NCBI GenBank assembly: GCA_964403775.1
Contig: CAYOHL010000002.1
Span: forward strand, 1 to 35,131
Reading direction: 5' to 3'
DNA from: an uncultured Methanosarcinales archaeon
Lineage (GTDB): Archaea; Nanobdellota; Nanobdellia; Woesearchaeales; CG1-02-33-12
Length of the DNA: 35,131 nucleotides
This document shows positions 31,839-35,131 of this stretch, piece by piece. The notes under the pieces are model-generated. The model saw nothing but the letters and a program-made list of their open reading frames with translations. It was not told the origin of the DNA and did not search any database. The position numbers and the translations under genes are program-made. How positions within the stretch are numbered: position 1 is the first letter of the stretch; the number at the start of each line of letters is the position of its first letter.

Positions 31839-33587
31839 TTATTTACCTCCTTTATATTTTATTTTTTCAGTCTTTATAAGGTCTTTTGCTCTTACTTTCT
31901 TTATTGACTTAGTTAATTTTTTTAATTCTATGTATTGGTAAAACATTAAAATAACAAAAACAACTATAACTGCTATTACTAAGTACAGTATATAGAAATA
32001 CTTTTCTATTTGTGCTGGTGTTTCAACATGAGGTTTTTCAACTACCTCAAACAAAGAACTGCTGCTGCCAACAACACCATCATAAGTTACCTTTGCATAA
32101 AGAATATAACTGCCTGGTTTTGCAGAGCTTGGAATTGTAAATCTTTTTATAAAACTGGTTCTTGTTTCAACAGCCACTGTTTCATGTTCTTTGATTATTG
32201 CCTTTCCATCTAAACCAATAATAGCGTAATCAACACTTACATCTATTAATCCAGTCCCTGCAGGATTATATAAGGTTATTTCTGCTAGTAATCCCTCGCC
32301 AGCTGCAACCTCTTTAAATTCCTCTAGGATGTTTAATTCAATATCAAAAATAGGTTGTTTTGATTCAATCTCAATTATTGTTGTGATAATAGTTTGCAGA
32401 CCACCGCCTTTAATAATGATTTTTCCAGGATAAACATCAGGCTTCTGGTCTTCAGCTATATTAAAAATTAGCTGCACACTTTGTTTTTCTCCTACTTCTA
32501 ATTTAAAACTATATTTACCAACACCAGTAGGGAAAATTACAAAATCCTTTAAATCTCCTAAATCAATAGTCATATCTAATTCTGTCTCACCAGTATTTTC
32601 AATCTCTAAAAACTCTTTTTTTGTTTCACCCTGTTTTAGCACAACCTTTATTAAATCTTTATCAACTGTAAAGTCAGAAACCTTTTCCTTAACAACAGCT
32701 CTTGTCCCTCCTCCAGCCCCTCTTGCTGGAGCAACAGGGCTTTCTTCTGCTGAATAAGCTGAGAAAGAGGTTACATTAAATATCAAGACCCCCCCAGTGT
32801 AACTTACTTTAGTGCAAATTTCTGAAGGGCATAACAAGCCATCTCTTAATATTCTTGGATTTGTAAAGTTTAAGTTATATAAGCTTAAGGTAGCTGACTT
32901 ATTAAGCTGCAGTAGTTCAGTTGTATTAATAAAAATTCTATTAAATGATATACCAGTATAAGCGCTTAGGTTAATAACCTTTCTTGGCTGCTCTCCTGCA
33001 TTCTCATTATCATCACTTATATTAATTATTTCATTAAACAGAATTTTTCCATAGCTAGTATGCTCTAGTGTCATATTGCTAATATTTTCCTGCTCTGTTT
33101 TATTTAAAGAATTAAAATCTGTTGTTATTCCAGTATAATCCAAAATAATTTTATCTCCACTACTAGTGTTAATAAAGAAGGTTATGGTCTCTGTGTTATT
33201 CAAAGACCCGGAGCTATCATTAGCAAAAATATAAAGTGTATGGCTGCCTTCATCAATTACATTAAAAGTAGTATTGCCTATTAAGGTAATATTATTGCCA
33301 TTATCTAAATTATACCAAACTTTATCCATGGTTGAATGTTTATCAGAGACAGTGTAATACAAGTAAATATTTTCTTTATAATTATAAGTATCGTTTAATG
33401 GGTAGTATATTACAATATTTGGTGGGATATTATCAACAACTGATATAGACACACTTGCTTTTTCATATACTGCTTTAATATTAATCAGAAATTTCCCAGT
33501 TATATTTAAAAAACCAGGACTGGAAACCAAGAATAAACTAACTAAAATAAAAAATATTATGATTAATATTTTGTTTTCTTTTTTCAT
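31839..33587 (-). CDS. large secreted, C-terminally anchored surface protein, sequon-dense N-terminal half
   Basis: Signal peptide, at least 15 N-x-S/T sequons in the first ~285 aa, a PVAPARGAGGGT linker, beta-rich repeats, and a C-terminal TM followed by a basic tail. Confidence 0.75.
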   Translation of the reverse strand: MKKENKILIIIFFILVSLFLVSSPGFLNITGKFLINIKAVYEKASVSISVVDNIPPNIVIYYPLNDTYNYKENIYLYYTVSDKHSTMDKVWYNLDNGNNITLIGNTTFNVIDEGSHTLYIFANDSSGSLNNTETITFFINTSSGDKIILDYTGITTDFNSLNKTEQENISNMTLEHTSYGKILFNEIINISDDNENAGEQPRKVINLSAYTGISFNRIFINTTELLQLNKSATLSLYNLNFTNPRILRDGLLCPSEICTKVSYTGGVLIFNVTSFSAYSAEESPVAPARGAGGGTRAVVKEKVSDFTVDKDLIKVVLKQGETKKEFLEIENTGETELDMTIDLGDLKDFVIFPTGVGKYSFKLEVGEKQSVQLIFNIAEDQKPDVYPGKIIIKGGGLQTIITTIIEIESKQPIFDIELNILEEFKEVAAGEGLLAEITLYNPAGTGLIDVSVDYAIIGLDGKAIIKEHETVAVETRTSFIKRFTIPSSAKPGSYILYAKVTYDGVVGSSSSLFEVVEKPHVETPAQIEKYFYILYLVIAVIVVFVILMFYQYIELKKLTKSIKKVRAKDLIKTEKIKYKGGK

Positions 33588-33603
33588 TCATCTTTTTATT
33601 TAC

Positions 33604-34704
33604 TTATTTCTTCTTTTTAAGGATAATATAGCCTAGAATTACTATTATTACTAAAAGCAGTACAACCACTGCAGTAGGAAATCCTTTTCCTTCTTCTTCT
33701 AGTGTTGGTATTTCTTCTTCTGGCAGAACCTCTTCTGATTTAACTATAACTGGAATAGATTTTGTTATACGACCAGTCGTCTGCACCATTTTCCCTTCTT
33801 CATCTGTTGATATATCCTTAAATGAAACTCCTACACTATATCTTTCTCCTGGGGAGGCATCTTCAGGCAGAGTTATGTTTTCACTAACATTAATTTCTTC
33901 TGGAATAGTTATGTTTTCAGGAACTTCTTGTGTAATATTAGTTATATTTTCTATCTCTGGTATTTCTGGAGCAGTTATGTTTTCTTTTCCTTCTGTTATA
34001 TTTGTTATATTTTCACCAAGAGCAACACTTTCATTTATTTCAGCTAAATCACTTATTGCCAAGCCAGTTACCATGCTGATTCCAGACTTCTCAAGCTTAG
34101 AGCTATCCAACACAAGCTTGTCATCCAAATAAACTTTTATGCTGCCCTCTCCCAATATCTTGCCATTTACCAAAACAGACCTTAATATGCCAATATGCTC
34201 TGGCTGCCATTCATAACTATAACTTTCATTTACCACCAAGTTTATGTCCTGTGTGTAAGACTCTTCCCCTATTCCAACAATCAAGCCGGTTATAGTTGGT
34301 TTTAAGAACAAGAAACCAAAGCCTAAAATCATAAATATCACTGCTATCATTACAACAGGAGCAATCTTTGCCTTGTTCTCCTGCTTTTTAATTTCTCTTT
34401 CACAACTATCTAAATTATGCTTATAATACCATATAGAGCTATCATATTCTTTAATCCACTGCTCTGGTGTCTTTTGCTCTAATGCCCTACTTAATTTATA
34501 ATAATATTCCTCGTAACTGATTAATCCCTGATTATACTGATTATTTAATTCCTGGACAAATCTGGCTATTTCTTTTTTGTAATGCTCGCAGAGCTGGATC
34601 TTTCTAACTAGTTCAATCCTCTTATTTTCAAGGTTCCTTAATTTATTTTGGTTTGACATTCTTTTTTCTAGCTCTTTGATAAACAGTCCAGATTGTTCTC
34701 TCAT
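33604..34704 (-). CDS. bitopic membrane protein: cytoplasmic coiled-coil, TM, extracellular domain with an ENIT sequon array, C-terminal TM anchor
   Basis: TMs are IAPVVMIAVIFMILGFGFLFL and TAVVVLLLVIIVILGYIIL-KKKK. An alternative ATG lies at 34659. Confidence 0.7.
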   Translation of the reverse strand: MREQSGLFIKELEKRMSNQNKLRNLENKRIELVRKIQLCEHYKKEIARFVQELNNQYNQGLISYEEYYYKLSRALEQKTPEQWIKEYDSSIWYYKHNLDSCEREIKKQENKAKIAPVVMIAVIFMILGFGFLFLKPTITGLIVGIGEESYTQDINLVVNESYSYEWQPEHIGILRSVLVNGKILGEGSIKVYLDDKLVLDSSKLEKSGISMVTGLAISDLAEINESVALGENITNITEGKENITAPEIPEIENITNITQEVPENITIPEEINVSENITLPEDASPGERYSVGVSFKDISTDEEGKMVQTTGRITKSIPVIVKSEEVLPEEEIPTLEEEGKGFPTAVVVLLLVIIVILGYIILKKKK

Positions 34705-35077
34705 CCCTCTTCAGCATGAGGGCAATTTCATGATAAGTTAGAGAAAATTCTTCCTTGAGGTACGAGACAATTGCCTCTAAGGCAGATAACTTAGTATTAG
34801 AGAAAATATTAACAGGAATCCAAATGAATTTGGTTTGAATAATATATTGCGTGGTTAATTCTTTTTTCTTTGCATTTTGATAAGAATGATAACTATACCT
34901 CAAATCTCTATTAATTAGTGCAGAAATTTTACGAAAACTTAGCTTTTTTCTTTCTCTTAAATAAACAATTAAAGCTTCTAAAATAGTGTATTTTCTGTTT
35001 TGGAAGATGTATATTGGAATAGAATTATGATTATCAAAATTAACGAAATTTTTAGAGATTTCACTATTTTTGATCAA
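34643..35077 (-). CDS. DNA-binding protein with two tandem sigma-70-region-4/LuxR-like HTH repeats
   Basis: The repeats are IPIYIFQNRKYTILEALIVYLRERKKLSFRKISALINRDLRYSYHSYQNAKKK and IPVNIFSNTKLSALEAIVSYLKEEFSLTYHEIALMLKRDERTIWTVYQRARKK. TTG is the only available start, and a TATA-like TTTATATAAA lies about 25 nt upstream. Confidence 0.55.
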   Translation of the reverse strand: MIKNSEISKNFVNFDNHNSIPIYIFQNRKYTILEALIVYLRERKKLSFRKISALINRDLRYSYHSYQNAKKKELTTQYIIQTKFIWIPVNIFSNTKLSALEAIVSYLKEEFSLTYHEIALMLKRDERTIWTVYQRARKKNVKPK

Positions 35078-35131
35078 ATTATACTTACAATAATCAACAC
35101 TTTATATAAATATTTTGATACTATTATTAAG

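Noticed and set aside
31473-31907. 144-aa plus-strand ORF
   Set aside because: It is antisense to the 3-TM membrane gene and to the end of the surface-protein gene. The minus-strand genes are tightly coupled and give sensible membrane proteins.
1-35131. tRNA, rRNA, RNase P RNA or C/D-box sRNA genes
   Set aside because: I scanned the intergenic regions (about 20 gaps, the largest 26118-26410, 6429-6805 and 30655-30868) by eye for cloverleaf-type stems, GTTCRANYC-like T-loops and C/D boxes. None was found. This was not an exhaustive computational search.

Overview
AT-rich archaeal window. Gene content and order suggest a small-genome, DPANN-like archaeon, but the taxon is inference. No rRNA, tRNA or CRISPR array was seen. 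The core is the conserved archaeal ribosomal superoperon on the minus strand (26117 down to 8465): rpl3-rpl4-rpl23-rpl2-rps19-rpl22-rps3-rpl29-SUI1-Rpp29-rps17-rpl14-rpl24-rps4e-rpl5-rps14-rps8-rpl6-rpl32e-rpl19e-rpl18-rps5-rpl30-[Nudix-HD]-rpl15-secY-DUF106-[wHTH pair]-rpl34e-rpl14e. adk and cmk are absent from their usual slots. Two foreign modules are packed into the operon, and at least six ribosomal proteins (plus a short stretch on uL24) carry Lys/Glu-rich tails. The left part holds a frameshifted TspO gene, a membrane-tethered ArsR regulator with a Cys-rich lipoprotein, a tandem-domain ThyX with Tmk, and an AT-rich stretch of orphan genes plus a DUF2330-like protein. The right part (26.1-31.4 kb) is an accessory patch around a fused PriS-PriL primase. 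It contains a HEPN/nucleotidyltransferase cassette with unusually structured ends, a transposase remnant, a second copy of the divergent wHTH pair, a chimeric DUF1016/YhhQ ORF and a RelBE-type module. It is followed by a four-gene cell-surface operon. The most interesting signal is the HEPN/NTase cassette, which is framed by mirrored GTTAA-N3-TTAAC palindrome pairs and a 36-nt direct repeat and sits on the rpl3-operon promoter. The duplicated two-regulator switch-like module comes next. All calls come from reading the translations and DNA by eye; no searches were run.
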